In this document: in pieces, positions 22,314 to 34,600 of the stretch | Layout of the letters: every line of letters begins with the position of its first letter | How positions within the stretch are numbered: position 1 is the first letter of the stretch | DNA from: Vermamoeba vermiformis | Taxonomy: Eukaryota | Assembly (NCBI GenBank): GCA_045837725.1 | Contig: JBEWZL010000304.1 | Span: forward strand, 1-64,000 | Length of the DNA: 64,000 nt | Direction: 5' to 3' | Notes under the pieces: model-generated | The model's database searches: none | The model's input: the letters and a program-made list of their open reading frames with translations, nothing else | Told to the model about the DNA's origin: nothing | Made by a program: the position numbers and the translations under genes

Positions 22314-24040
22314 ATGTCCGTATTTAAAAAGATATTTGGAAAAGACAAAGAAAAAAAAGACGCCAATTTTAGTTTGGGAACGCCTACTGGCTTTAAGCAC
22401 GTAGGTCATGTGGGCTACGATCCCGATAAGGGTAGTTTAGAGGTACGTACCCGTGAATCACTAACTTTAATAAAAGGGGTCTCAATACTTTAATAGGGAA
22501 GCAATTTACCCGAGGAATTGTCGACGGCATTAAACGCCGCTGGAGGACACACTACGACAAACACAAGGTACCAATACTCGTGCTTTGAATTTGAAAGAAA
22601 GCATGACTCATCTTTATTCGCTTTTTAAGCTACAACGCACCGGCGCCAACCAACCCGGGCCCTCCACCACCCCCTCCAAATAATCCTTACCGCCCTGCAG
22701 TAAGTTCATTCATGTTAAACTCCGTGCCCGACGCACTTATTGATAAAACTAGCCACCACCTCCTCAACAAGATAATTATGGTGATTACAGCGGTCAACAG
22801 GATTACAGCGGTCAACAGCAAGGTTACGATCAAGGTTACGCTAATCAGCCTCCTCCTCAAGGTGCATTCAAATTACCGCCTCCCGGTGTGCGTTCAGCGC
22901 AACCATCGGCGTCATATGGTTCAGCTCCACCACCCCCACCTGTTACAAGAGCAAGTGCTCCTCCCCCTCCAATGGCGAAGACGGCTGGAGGCCCACCTCC
23001 ACCACCTCCCATGCCCAAAGCAGGAGGTCCTCCGCCCCCACCGCCACCTGCATTCAAAGCAGCCGAGACGCATGAGGATTATGACACACCTGCTCCCAGC
23101 GGTGAGCGCAATGCGCTCTTGTCGTCAATTTCAAATTTTAAGAAGGGCGGATTGAAAAAAGCACAAACAAACGATCGCTCGTCACCTATCTTAACAAAGG
23201 ACAAAGGAAGCAGCGGAGGCGGTGGCGCTCCTGGTGGCAGACGTAAGAATCATACTACACTTTTAGCACGTAATAACTGTTGTTAGCGATGATGATGGGA
23301 ATGCCAATGATGATGCCACCCAAGCAAAATACAACGCCGTTGAAGAGCAGTGCCGGCGCACCGTCTCCTCGAGCGACAGCACAGCCTACACCTCCGCCAC
23401 AAATGATGACGTCACCGCGAACCCCAAACCCGCCACCACCTAAAATGCCCAAAGTAGCCGCACCTCCTAAACGTACTACATATTTCTTCTTGAATAGCAC
23501 TAATAGCTAATTGGTTTCATAGAGCAAGGCACGCCACCAATGCCACCGCAACAACGCGCGAGTCAAGCACCGCAGCAATCTTACGGTGCTCCACCTCCAC
23601 TTCCTCAAAAGACAGCTGGGGGTCCTCCTCCACCTCCGCCAACTCCAAAAACCGCCGGAGGTCCACCCCCACCTCCACCTATGCCAAAGGCTGGAGGTCC
23701 GCCTCCACCTCCACCACCAGCTTTCAAAGCTGTTGAGCAACCCGAAGAGTACGATGCCCCGCCTCCAAGCGGTGAACGAAATGCCCTATTATCATCGATT
23801 GCAAATTTCAAAAAAGGTGCGTTCTAGCGTTGCACATAGCAGAAATTTTTAGCTAACACGCGCACAGGTGGCTTGAAGAAAGCACAAACGAATGATCGGT
23901 CAGCACCGATAGTTTCAAAAGAAAAAAGCGGAGGAGGCCCACCCTCTGGAGGAGCACGTCCTGGTCCACCTGGTGGCGGCGGTGGCTTGATGGGTGATTT
24001 AGCTGCCGCAATGTCTAAGCGAGGTTCGCCAAGGAAGTAA
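22314..24040 (+). CDS. CRIB + polyproline + 2x WH2 actin-regulatory protein (WASP/WIP-like, multi-exon)
   Basis: CRIB LGTPTGFKHVGHVGYD. Polyproline tracts. Two WIP/verprolin-type WH2 motifs ERNALLSSIxNFKKGGLKKAQTNDRS. Confidence 0.85.
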
Positions 24041-24211
24041 CTGTCTTAGCAGTAAAGTATTTATTAACTACGTGTATTGCTGTCGGCGGCCATTACTGCA
24101 TCAAAAGGAAAGGACAATATGCAACCAAGGGGCCAAAGAAGAAATGAATGCTGTTTGATGGCTTTACGAAGTGGTGTGACTCGAAAAATCTCGCCGAACA
24201 AAATCAACAAG

Positions 24212-24282
24212 GCACTCATGGTCTAGGGGCATGATGTCCGCCTGCCACGCGGGCGACCCGGGTTCGATTCCCGGTGAGTGCA
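24212..24282 (+). tRNA. trnG-GCC: tRNA-Gly(GCC), identical inverted copy of 19190-19260
   Basis: Same 71-nt sequence, followed by a T-run. Confidence 0.95.
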
Positions 24283-24460
24283 TTCTTTTTTTGCTTTTGG
24301 CCTCTTCTGGCTCTCGCTAGTTTGCGCTGTGTCTTGAGCAGTTCGTTATGGATTAGTCTGTTCGTCTCCAGAGTACTGGAAGCAAGGACCTTCGACATTA
24401 AGACCTCACCAAAAATAATCGTGTTTTTTTTAATTGTGACACCACACCACAAACCACAGC

Positions 24461-25831
24461 ATGGAAGCATCAAACGAAAAGACAATCGAGGAAACTTCGA
24501 ACGATCCCTTTAACGAGCCAGTAAATTCAAATTATGGCTACACGACATTGCAGATCCCAAAAGATGAGGAAGGTTACGTTATTAGTTTTGAAAAAGACGA
24601 TGTCGCCGCTTGGCGAGATTTTTTTGACACGTACGGTATTGTGGTAAGTCGAGTTTCGGCGATTTTATAATATTATTAAATTTTTATTTGAAATTTGAAA
24701 TTTAAAGGTCATAAGGAACATTATTAGTGACGAAGAAGCAGATAGAACTGCTAACGAAGTATGGGATTATTTAGGAAAAATGTTAAACGCGGAGAAGGAT
24801 GTAAGTTTAAAATTAGCTTTTTTCAGTTCGCTGAATTGTGGTTAGGATCCGAGTACCTGGGAACGTTGGCCATGGGGCGCGCATCTAGGCATATTGGGAA
24901 GCGACTTGACGTTAAGTCAGCAAGCCTGTAGCAATCGAGAACACCCGAATATGTACGACTTTTTCTGTAAACTTTATGGCGAGACAGAGTAAGTTAAGAT
25001 CTGTTTGTGAAAGTTACAGCCCGTAATTTATGACATTGGTAGATTATATACAAGCGTCGATCGCATCGGCATGATGAGACCAACAAAAGGAATCAAATTT
25101 CCCGGCAAAGAAGAGCCCGTGGACAAACCTGAATGGAAGACGAAGAGCCAGTGGCTGCATTGGGATATGAGTATGATACTATACACTGTGGTGCGTGAGT
25201 AGTACTAAAAGTGAGTTACAGATCCTTGGACTGGTAAGACGTCGATGTACGGATGGCAAGGAAACAATCCAGATCAACCGCACAACAAAGGATTCAACTA
25301 CTTGATGGTGCAAGGAATATTGGGCCTTTATGATTGCGGCCCTAATGACGGAGGTTTTCATGCAGTGCCCGGCTTCCACAAGCACATCGAGGCTTGGGGT
25401 AAAGCAAATGATCACCTGCGTGAACGAAACACTTATCCCAACATTTATGATGAGACTACCGGTACGTGCTCAGGCAAATTATAAATGACGCTGACACCTT
25501 TTTAGTTCAAGTGCCTCGCATGGATCCGATTCGAAATGACATTCAAAAGTTGCCACTGCGCAAGGGCAGTTTGTTGATCTGGCACTCGGCGATTCCTCAC
25601 GGCACATTCCCTAATGACAGTAATCGCTTCCGTTTGATCCAATACATGAAAATGGCACCTGCTTCTTATCCACATGTCGTGCCGTTCTATCAGTCCAACT
25701 CTCCGTTCAGACCGATGTACCCATTTCCCGAGGACGTACAGCTGACTGAACTCGGTCAAAAGATTTATGGATTTAAGCCTTGGAAGCCCACTCCTGAGGT
25801 GCAGAAGTCCCGTTGGTGCGTTTTGTTGTGA
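24461..25831 (+). CDS. Phytanoyl-CoA dioxygenase-like Fe(II)/2-oxoglutarate dioxygenase (multi-exon)
   Basis: FFDTYGIVVI, WLHWDMNPW (HxD), VQGILGLYD...GGFHAVPGFH, KGSLLIWHSAIPHGT..N.S..FRL. Ends in CVLL. Confidence 0.85.
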
Positions 25832-25971
25832 AGTGTTTTATTTGTATTTAGCCCGACCCTTCATTGTCGCACCAGTAAAAATTTCGGTCGTTCATTTATT
25901 TCATATTTGTTTATTCGACCACGTAAGGGAAGCTGGTCTGTTAACATTCAATACATAATGAATACACGATA

Positions 25972-28900
25972 ATGGACGCAAGGAACAAAGCAATTTATTC
26001 ACAAGTGTTTGATCCAGCCGTTGCTGCAGGTATTACCAAGGATTTAATTGTTCTACAAATTATACGAATAAATTCAATAACAAATTGTGCAGGATATTAA
26101 TTAACCGTAATAATGAGAGATAATTTTATTAAAAATTTAATGGTTGCTTTCATATCAACTTGGCTCGATCGACTATTGATATGATGTAACGTATCAAGAT
26201 ATTAATATTCATTTAAATTTAGAATTTCAAGCTACTCTTCTGGCACGTTCAGATTCCCAATCGATCCGTCAAGAATCTTTTCGCGGTATGTCATTTAGTT
26301 TAATTATATTATACACGAATATTTAACAACTATTATTAGGCGAGAAGAAACAAGAAAGTGAATACTTAATCGATGAGCACTCATACTCGTTAGAAAGCGA
26401 TCCCGAAATACCGCAATACGGTTATTTTAATGAAAGAGGCGAATTGACTTGGTACAAGCGTGCTTGGATAGACTTTCAAGTGTGGATCAGGCGCCCATTT
26501 TTTAGTACGTGGCTGAATTAATCTGGGTCTATACTTTATTAACGCGATCTTCGTTTAGGGTTGGGTCAAAAGACAGTAACGGGCCTTTGGCTACTAATAG
26601 CTGCCGTAATATTCTTTGTCACATCTTTGGTATTGGGATTAGCTTTGGGACTCACCTTATCGAGTACCCAATTTTTGACAGATCCGAACTTGACAGTTGC
26701 ACAAGTAGCCAGCGGAATAACATTTGAAGGAGGGACTGTTATATTATCACGTGACACAGTGCCTAATCCGACACTATGGAACTTCATTCAATATTCAATG
26801 GACGTGGACAAGATTCCAATCACCGATGCAAAGGTGCTTGTTACGAACAGAAGCTCCAACGCAGAGCTCGCAAAAATCGAAATTTCAGGACACGTGTCAA
26901 TAATAGATATCGGAAATGCCACGTGCAATGCCGTTCTGACGTTCAACGGTGACACGCAAGATTTCACAGCAGCCAATATGAACTTGTTCCTCGAGGTCAA
27001 CTTTGCAGTACATTGGAACCCCTTAATGAGCTTGCCTTTGCTCAAACGACACGCCACTAGCTTTGGGCACAATATTACAGCTAACAACGGCGCTTGGATG
27101 AGCGACATTTCTTTGATCAGCAGCGGCACACTGACCGTAACAACACTCGCGACATTCACTCGCAAAAATCGAGATTTCACCTTCGTTCCTGGCGTGCACT
27201 TACACGTGGATGAACTTAAAATAGAAGGCCAAGGATTGATCAATTCATTGGGCAGCTTCTTGGATAGGTATTCAATTGAGGTACTTGCAACTTTGATACG
27301 CAATACTGATGTTCTGCAGGGAATTGGGAGACACGAAGTTATTCCTCAAGTTATACTTGCCGTTCGCTATGATCAACGAGCAACAATCCTTTGCTGAGTT
27401 GAGCTTGTTAGACGACAATGGACTGCAATTAGGACCCGTGCAAATGCATTCTACGAGCGTTGTGTTCCGTATTGAAGGCATTGGTAAGTCAACCTTGAAT
27501 TTAAAAAATGGTAATTAATATATTCTATAGGTCCTAGACCTTTGATCACATTGCAAACTGACTTGAACATTCCTTTGGCCCCGCTAAATCCGAACTTGAA
27601 TTTGACGGTCAATGGAAACTTTAATTCTGAGTCACGTGCCATGATCTTGAAAGGTACTGTTCGGTCAATAGTACAATTAATAGAGACTAACGAATTCAGG
27701 TGAGATATCACCTTGGCCCAATCCTTTTGGCCTTCCTTACATGGCAATAGACAAAACACAGTTCAATCTCACCATTGCTCAACGATCGCACGTGCGCAAC
27801 AGAGCTACTTCGTTCGTCAATAGATTTAGTGTTGAAGCATATCTCCTCACTGGTGCACGTGTAAACATACCCAGAATTCCTGAAATGTCTGCCCAAGTGC
27901 TTGGCACCCTCAACAACGGCAATTTGGCGTTTTTCGTGAACGACCTTGACGTGCCGAGCATAGGTAAGAAACTCATGCAAAGTCTGGATCATGATCTAAT
28001 GCGTTGTAGATGAGGTTATCAAATCGCTGCTTGGCATAGACGTGCCGTCATTAAGCGACAAGTTTGACATTTCCAATCGACGCATGAGCATGGCACTCGC
28101 GAGCAGTTTTAGAACTAGAATCAACTTGCCCTTTGATCACATGATGAACGGCATGGTCATTGGAAGGTAACGTCTAACACTAACACGCGCGTTCATAAAC
28201 TGACACGTGACCGCAGAGGAATGACACTCGTGACACCTGCTGTCAAAGTGACAGATCTCATTGGACCAGTCAGAGATTTGTTCCCTGGCCGAGATTTCGG
28301 TAGGCCACTTAGTCAACTCAACCACACTCGACAGCGTGACTTACTTCTTCATAGGCGAGTTGACCTTGGGTGCAACAGTTCCCGTGTTCGATGCATTGGA
28401 CGTGACTGGATTCAAAGACCAGTTTGAGGTGTTTTTGAAATCAACACCTTTCGACATCGATTCCAAGCTCCGATTTTTGGGTTTTGGAATTATCGCAAGG
28501 CCATTCGCCGTACCAGTTAGTTTGTCAGTGGCAGCTGAGCTCGAACTACGAATGCCCGAACAAGACAGCTTGATTTTCCACGTAGAAGGACAAGTGCAAT
28601 CAGGTCAAGTCACGATTGGTGGCTCGATGATTGGCATGTGGTACAACGCGTTCAATGTCAACGGACTTAACATTGGCAATGTCACCGCTGAGATTGGTAT
28701 TGCGCCTGGCCCTGTCATTTCCACGATCGGTCTCGGTGCCGCTATTCAGATAGGTCGCGCTGAGATTTCGTTCTTGGGCAGAGCTAGTGTCGACTTGGCC
28801 GATTCATTTGTCAATGCCCGCGTACAGAATTTGTACCTCACTGACATTGTGCAATTCTTCAAAGGTACGAAACATGTTTAGAGCTGTTTATTGTAGACTG

Positions 28901-29870
28901 CCTATCATTTAATGTACTGACTTTATTTAGATTTGAATGTGGATTTCTTGGATCGTATTGACATCAATGATGTTCCCGACAATGTCAGACTCAATTTGTT
29001 GCTGGTGACATTCGCAACGAAAGACGGAGAGTTGCAAGGAATTCCGTACACGAAGGGATTTAGAATTGCAGCTGACGCGGAGCTATTAGGCGTTACCGCA
29101 ACAGCCTCAGTAAGTCATGCAAGAGGGTGTCAAACAGCCTAACATTACATTTTAGGTTGCTTCGAACAAGGCTCTTGTGGCCAATGTGCCAGTCACAGAT
29201 TTGTTACTCTCGTTTGGCATTCGATTCGATAATCTCGCGGACATCATCCTGGACTTCGTAGAACGAATATTGCCGTTTGACTTGCCTTCATTAGACGAGA
29301 TTTTATGTACGTATTCAAAGATTCTTGAGTGTACTGGACTAACGTTATGAACTTTCCACAGCTGGCATTGGTATTCGATTCAACCTCGGCAATGTGCTAG
29401 GCTTGAAGAGTGTTGAATTGAGCGACTTCTCGCTGTTGAATGTGATGCACGGTGATTTCCCCGAGCTGACCATTGTCATCATGCTGGCTGGACACGAGCG
29501 ACGCTTATCGCTCAACTTGGATCTGAAGTCATTAGGCAATGGCTTGAGCAACATTTTGGAGCTGAGTAACGTGCCTGCAGACTCGGACTTTTTGAGCTGT
29601 GTTGTGAATGCTCACTGCAAGGACTGCAGTGCCGGATCTGTTTGCGATCACACACAGACACCTTGGCGATGTGTTTCTGCATGCCCGCAAGGCTCCGTTA
29701 GTATCGATAAGGCAGGCTGTTGGCCGAGTAATTCAACCGAGGCAGGCAATGCTCGTCGCAGTCACAGTTACAGCGGCTACTCGTTCATGAACGCAGATCA
29801 CGTGCAACGATTTGAAATGAGACGTCAGAATCAAATCCCTGTAAAATATGTTTTTAGAACTGTCAATTAG
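25972..29870 (+). CDS. Large type II membrane protein with beta-strand-rich ectodomain and C-terminal Cys cluster, function unknown (multi-exon)
   Basis: Single TM LWLLIAAVIFFVTSLVLGLALGLTL after a short N-terminal region. Long alternating-hydrophobic strands such as GSMIGMWYNAFNVNGLNIGNVTAEIGI. The frames join across GT-AG introns. The start exon is less certain. Confidence 0.7.
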
Positions 29871-29952
29871 AATAAAGTTGTATTGCTAGTTTTTTTAAAT
29901 TTGAATGCATAACGAACCATTAAAAACGATTTTATTTTACAAGAGATCAATG

Positions 29953-31512
29953 TTAATCTTGATCATTTTCTTCGTCACTTGGCTCATAAAATTCAGGTCC
30001 ACTTTTTTCTTCCTCTGAACCGTTGAAATTGTAGTCAGGATCGAATTTGACTTCGCTATTCCTTTCGTATATTTTCGGCATATCATTTTCATCGTAAACA
30101 AACAATTCGGGACCGTTCGTGATCGAAGTAACAGGTCCTAATATATTGGTATTATTGTTATTATTATTGGTGGTATTTTCATCTTCGTCCGTAATTGGCA
30201 TGTACGACGGCACGCAATTGAATTGATATCTAATCTTGTGGCCGTCGACTCTGTTGAATATCAAGTTCATCGACATTGTCTCTTTGTCAGCAATTGAAAT
30301 TTCCACCACGCCAACACCGCCGGTTACAACTGACTTGTCATTTGTCACGTCAAAAACGAACGATAATTTCCTCGTGTGTTGCACTTAAATTATCGTTAAT
30401 AAGATAGATATTTAATGGTTCATTTACGTACTTGTTGAAGCTGAAGTAAAGCCCTTCGTAATTTTAAGTTGAAATTTTGAAATTAAAATGTCACCGTACA
30501 CTGCAATAGAGATCGATTTTGTTGCCGCATCGAATTCTTTTAGTAAGTGCAGGTTGATTACTGAGTTGGTAACTTCATCTAGAATAAAACGAACGGTTAT
30601 TAATTATTGTACGAATTAATGGAGAAAGATTAAGAGGGAAAATTAATTAAAAAATAAATATCTAACCAACCATATTTGGCTTATACAGATCGATTAAAAT
30701 TTTGTATGGTAAATGCTATGAGGTTTTTTTTTACCTTCATTTGGAAATATGTTCAAATCATCGATTGTGACGTTTTCTTTAGCACCAACAATGCTTGAGT
30801 CTAATATTTTCGATGCACGCCAAAATCCTAAGTCTAGTCTGTTCGGATCTAACGATTTTGCCTTGTTTTGTTGCTCCTCGTCAAATAATTCCACCAAAAA
30901 ATCGTATTCTTCTGTTCTCATCACAGCAAATTCAATATCACGCCGCTAATAAATATTAATATGGTAATTATTTCTTATATTAATAGTTTCTTACTGTTAA
31001 ATTTTGACGTTCTTCGTTGTCCCTCGCCTTCATAAACCAGCTTTTAATTGAAATCTCTTCCACGAACATCTCCGATAATTTTGATAATAGGGCACCGCAT
31101 TCTTTTAATACTTTAACGTCCTATAATAATTGTTAAAAACTTTAAAATTCTATTTAAAATAGATCTTACCTCGTCGCACTCCAGATCCATCATGTATTTA
31201 ATTTGTGACAACGGAAATGCGTGTTTAGAAATTTTCCTATTCGTAATTTGTTCTATTTGAGCTGCTTTGACCTCCCAATATTCATCGATAATTGATTTTA
31301 CGTCAAACTGCTCCAAATATTTTTCTAAAATAATGGAGTTACTATTTAGATCATATTAATATTATTAGAGCAATAGATCACTAAATTAAATAATTTTTAC
31401 ATAATATACGAACTTGATCAAGTTCGTTACCTGTTTCAATTTCGTCCTCCTCTTCATTTTCGCGGTCATCGAGGCTCAAAGACCAATCAAATACTTTAGA
31501 TAATGAGCTCAT
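29953..31512 (-). CDS. Divergent NF-YC/HAP5-like histone-fold protein with C-terminal extension (multi-exon)
   Basis: The spliced sequence FPLSQIKYMM...LLSKLSEMFVEEISIKSW...RQNLTRRDIEFAVMRTEEYDFLVEL follows the NF-YC histone-fold pattern. Confidence 0.7.
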
Positions 31513-31677
31513 TATTATATTGTGCTCATCACTGTTCGTTGAAAATTGAACTGGTCGATCTCGCTCAATGATTTTTTTGAGGTTTTATCAAAATTAAATC
31601 CATATTACAAAAGGAGCCAAATGTGCTTAGTATACATCAATGCTTAAATTAAAAACTACAAGAGACCAACTCTTACA

Positions 31678-34600
31678 TTAAATCTCTTTGCTTTCGGTGG
31701 CCTTGTTTCGTTCGTCGTACCATTGCGCATTCAAAAATCCCAATTGAGCTTGAATGGCTTTGATTGCCGGCGAAGCATCTTGTTTCAGTGAAATAGATCG
31801 TTGGGGCTTAACAATCTAAGCAAACAAATTTGTTAAAATTTAAGTTTTTTTTAAGCAGATCGAGTTCTGATCTTGTTGGACTTGGCTTACCTTGCAATAG
31901 TTCTCAGGGAAGTAACCTTCTTGGCCATTCAATTCACCGAGCCACCAACCACCAGGCTCACCTTGTTCAAGGACAACAATAACATCTCCTGGCTTAATCG
32001 ATAATCCTAAAATCTCAAGTTAGCACCGCTTCAATTTTTCCTAAATAGGCAAGTCCATAGTACTCACGTTGCGAGTCTTCGCTCTTATATTCATAAATAA
32101 CTTCGGCTTTGTATTTAAATGCACTTCGTCTTCGTTGTCGTGAACGTTCTTGTTCGACTTCACGGTGCGTTTTTTCTTCTTGCACGGCGGTAGGTTTACG
32201 AGGGCTATAATACATACATATGATTAATATAATTGCCCTACTATTATATATTATTTGACATTGCATACCTCTCTTTAACTTCGGCAGATTCGGTCGTAAT
32301 ACCTTCCTCCTATAATAGGAAAAGTTCATTAAACCTCACGCTTCGCAATGATTCGATCGGTAATTTTTTCGTACCTCGTTCAATTGCTCTTCTTCATACT
32401 CGAGCAATAACAACTCGTCTTCTTCTTGTTTGCTAAGTTTCTTCTTGCTCTTCAAGAACGCTCTTCGTGCATTCAATTTTTCACGCTTAGTCATGTTAGT
32501 GGTATCGGGCATGGCTGCAGGTTTGGCCTCTTCTTCTTGTTTCACTTCTTCGTCACTTGTCTGAACAGGTGTTAATACTAGTGGTCTATATTATGGTTGT
32601 TATTACTTTGGGGAGAGTGTTTACCTCGCCATCCGCAGGTTCGTCATTAATTTCACCGTCAATATCGTCGTCAATAATTTCGTGCGGGAAGACTGTCTCA
32701 GCGACTTTAAGTACGCCTCCGGACTCTTCCTCGTCCTTAATATGTGTCTCGTGTGTCTCGACAGTATCATTGTTTTCAGCAAATTCGACAACTGTTTCAG
32801 AGAATTTGACTGACTTTCTCTTCTTCAATTTTGGTTTCCTGGGCAAGTCACTGGCAGGAGCGTTGTTGCCACCAGATTCATTGGCAGCGGTGTGACGAGC
32901 AGTCTCTTCGTCGTGATAGACGTCATCGTCATGTTCTTCAGCCGGTTCTTCAGGCTTGTTCTCGCCGTCTTCGAGAGGTTGGTCACTTTCATCAGGAGTG
33001 TCACCTTCCGTGGCGTGACCATTCTCGTGAGGCTCTTCAGCCACGTGAGTCTCCTCGACAGCTTCTTCGACGTGCTCATCAGTCTTATCTTCGTGGTGAT
33101 CTTCGTGCTCACCATTTTCTTCGACGTGTTTATCCTCGTGAGTCTCTTCCACGTGTTCCTCGTGGTGTTCTTCAACGTGATTAGGCTCCTCAACATGTTC
33201 TTCGGGATGTTCCTCCGGTTCATCACTTTCGACCTCAGGTTTGACGTCATCCGTAGAATCATGCTCCACCGGAGTCTCTTCAACATGCTTCTCAGGCTCG
33301 ACATGTTCCTCAACGTGTTCTTCTGGTTGAGTTTCAATGTGCTCCTCAGGTCTGTGCTCTTCAACATGTTCCTCGGGCTTGTGCTCTTCCACGTGTTCTT
33401 CAGGCTTGTGCTCTACATGCTCTTCGACGTGTTCCTCGGGCTTTTGGTCAACGTGTGCTGCTGGTTGGGGTTCTTCAACATGTTCTTCGGGCTTGTGTTC
33501 TTCAACATGCTCTTCGGGCTTGTGCTCTTCAACATGTTCCTCGGGTTTGTGCTCCTCAACGTGTTCTTCGGGCTTGGTTTCTTCCACGTGTTCAGTGACA
33601 TGTTGCTCTGGTTTAGTTTCAACAACAGGCTCAGCTTCAACGGTGACAGTTTCAGTTTGCTTGGGCTCCAAAGCAGTGACAGCGACTTCAACGGCAACAG
33701 AAGTGATAATTTGCTTCGGTTGTTCGATGGGCTTGACGTCTGCGGGCTCTGCTTTAACTTGCTCGACTGGCTTTTCGTGATCGACACTAGACGATTCACA
33801 AATAAAATTAATTTATGTAATTAAGTCAATTACGAATTAATGGCAATTTGCTAATATTTTTAATTATCTTACCCCTTCTCAACCGGCTTGACGTCAGATT
33901 TCGTTTCAGATTTAGAACCATTAGTATCGACCTGGGGCTTCTCTGTTTTAGTCGTTGTTACTGGTTTTGAGGTGGCCTTATCGGTAGCAGCCTATTATAA
34001 CAAGATTGTTACGAAACTGTCTAATTATGTCCGAATCCAATTTAAAATCGTTTCGAAGATTCTGTGCCGTGAATACGAAATTACACATTCGAAAAAATAG
34101 AGTATACTATCCGATGCCATAATAAATTGAAAATACTTGCTTAGGATAATGTAACCATAAAAAATCGGATTAAATTTATCAGATCGATTAATTGAATCAA
34201 TAAAATGCTGTTTATAGCAAATTCCGTATTTTCTGACCTTCTCTAACAAGAACTTTTGGTATTTAACATGGTACCAAGTCACCAAAGCACCGATCCCTAA
34301 CCAGATCAAGAAAGGTACCATAGTGGTGTTGAAATAAATAAATATACTATAATACAAATAAATATGCAACCACTATATACAATAAAAATATCGAACGAGA
34401 TCTGGTATCCCTTTCAACGGTTCAAGTTACTTTTACGCAATTTTTGACCGAATTTCAACGGACGTTTTCACTGAACGGACCTCAAGCAAAAAACAATTTG
34501 TACGGCATCGTAAAGATTAAAAACTGCTTAAGGGATTGCACTAATTACCTTTTTAACGGCGGATGCGGGTGTAGTTGTAGTCTTGGGCTAAATATAGATA

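Noticed and set aside
19159-24313. DNA transposon with terminal inverted repeats
   Set aside because: The repeats are tRNA genes, and no transposase or target-site duplication was seen.
27268-27400. Apparent frameshift between ORFs 26561-27397 and 27309-27518
   Set aside because: Resolved by an intron from GTATTC (~27268) to CTGCAG (27319).
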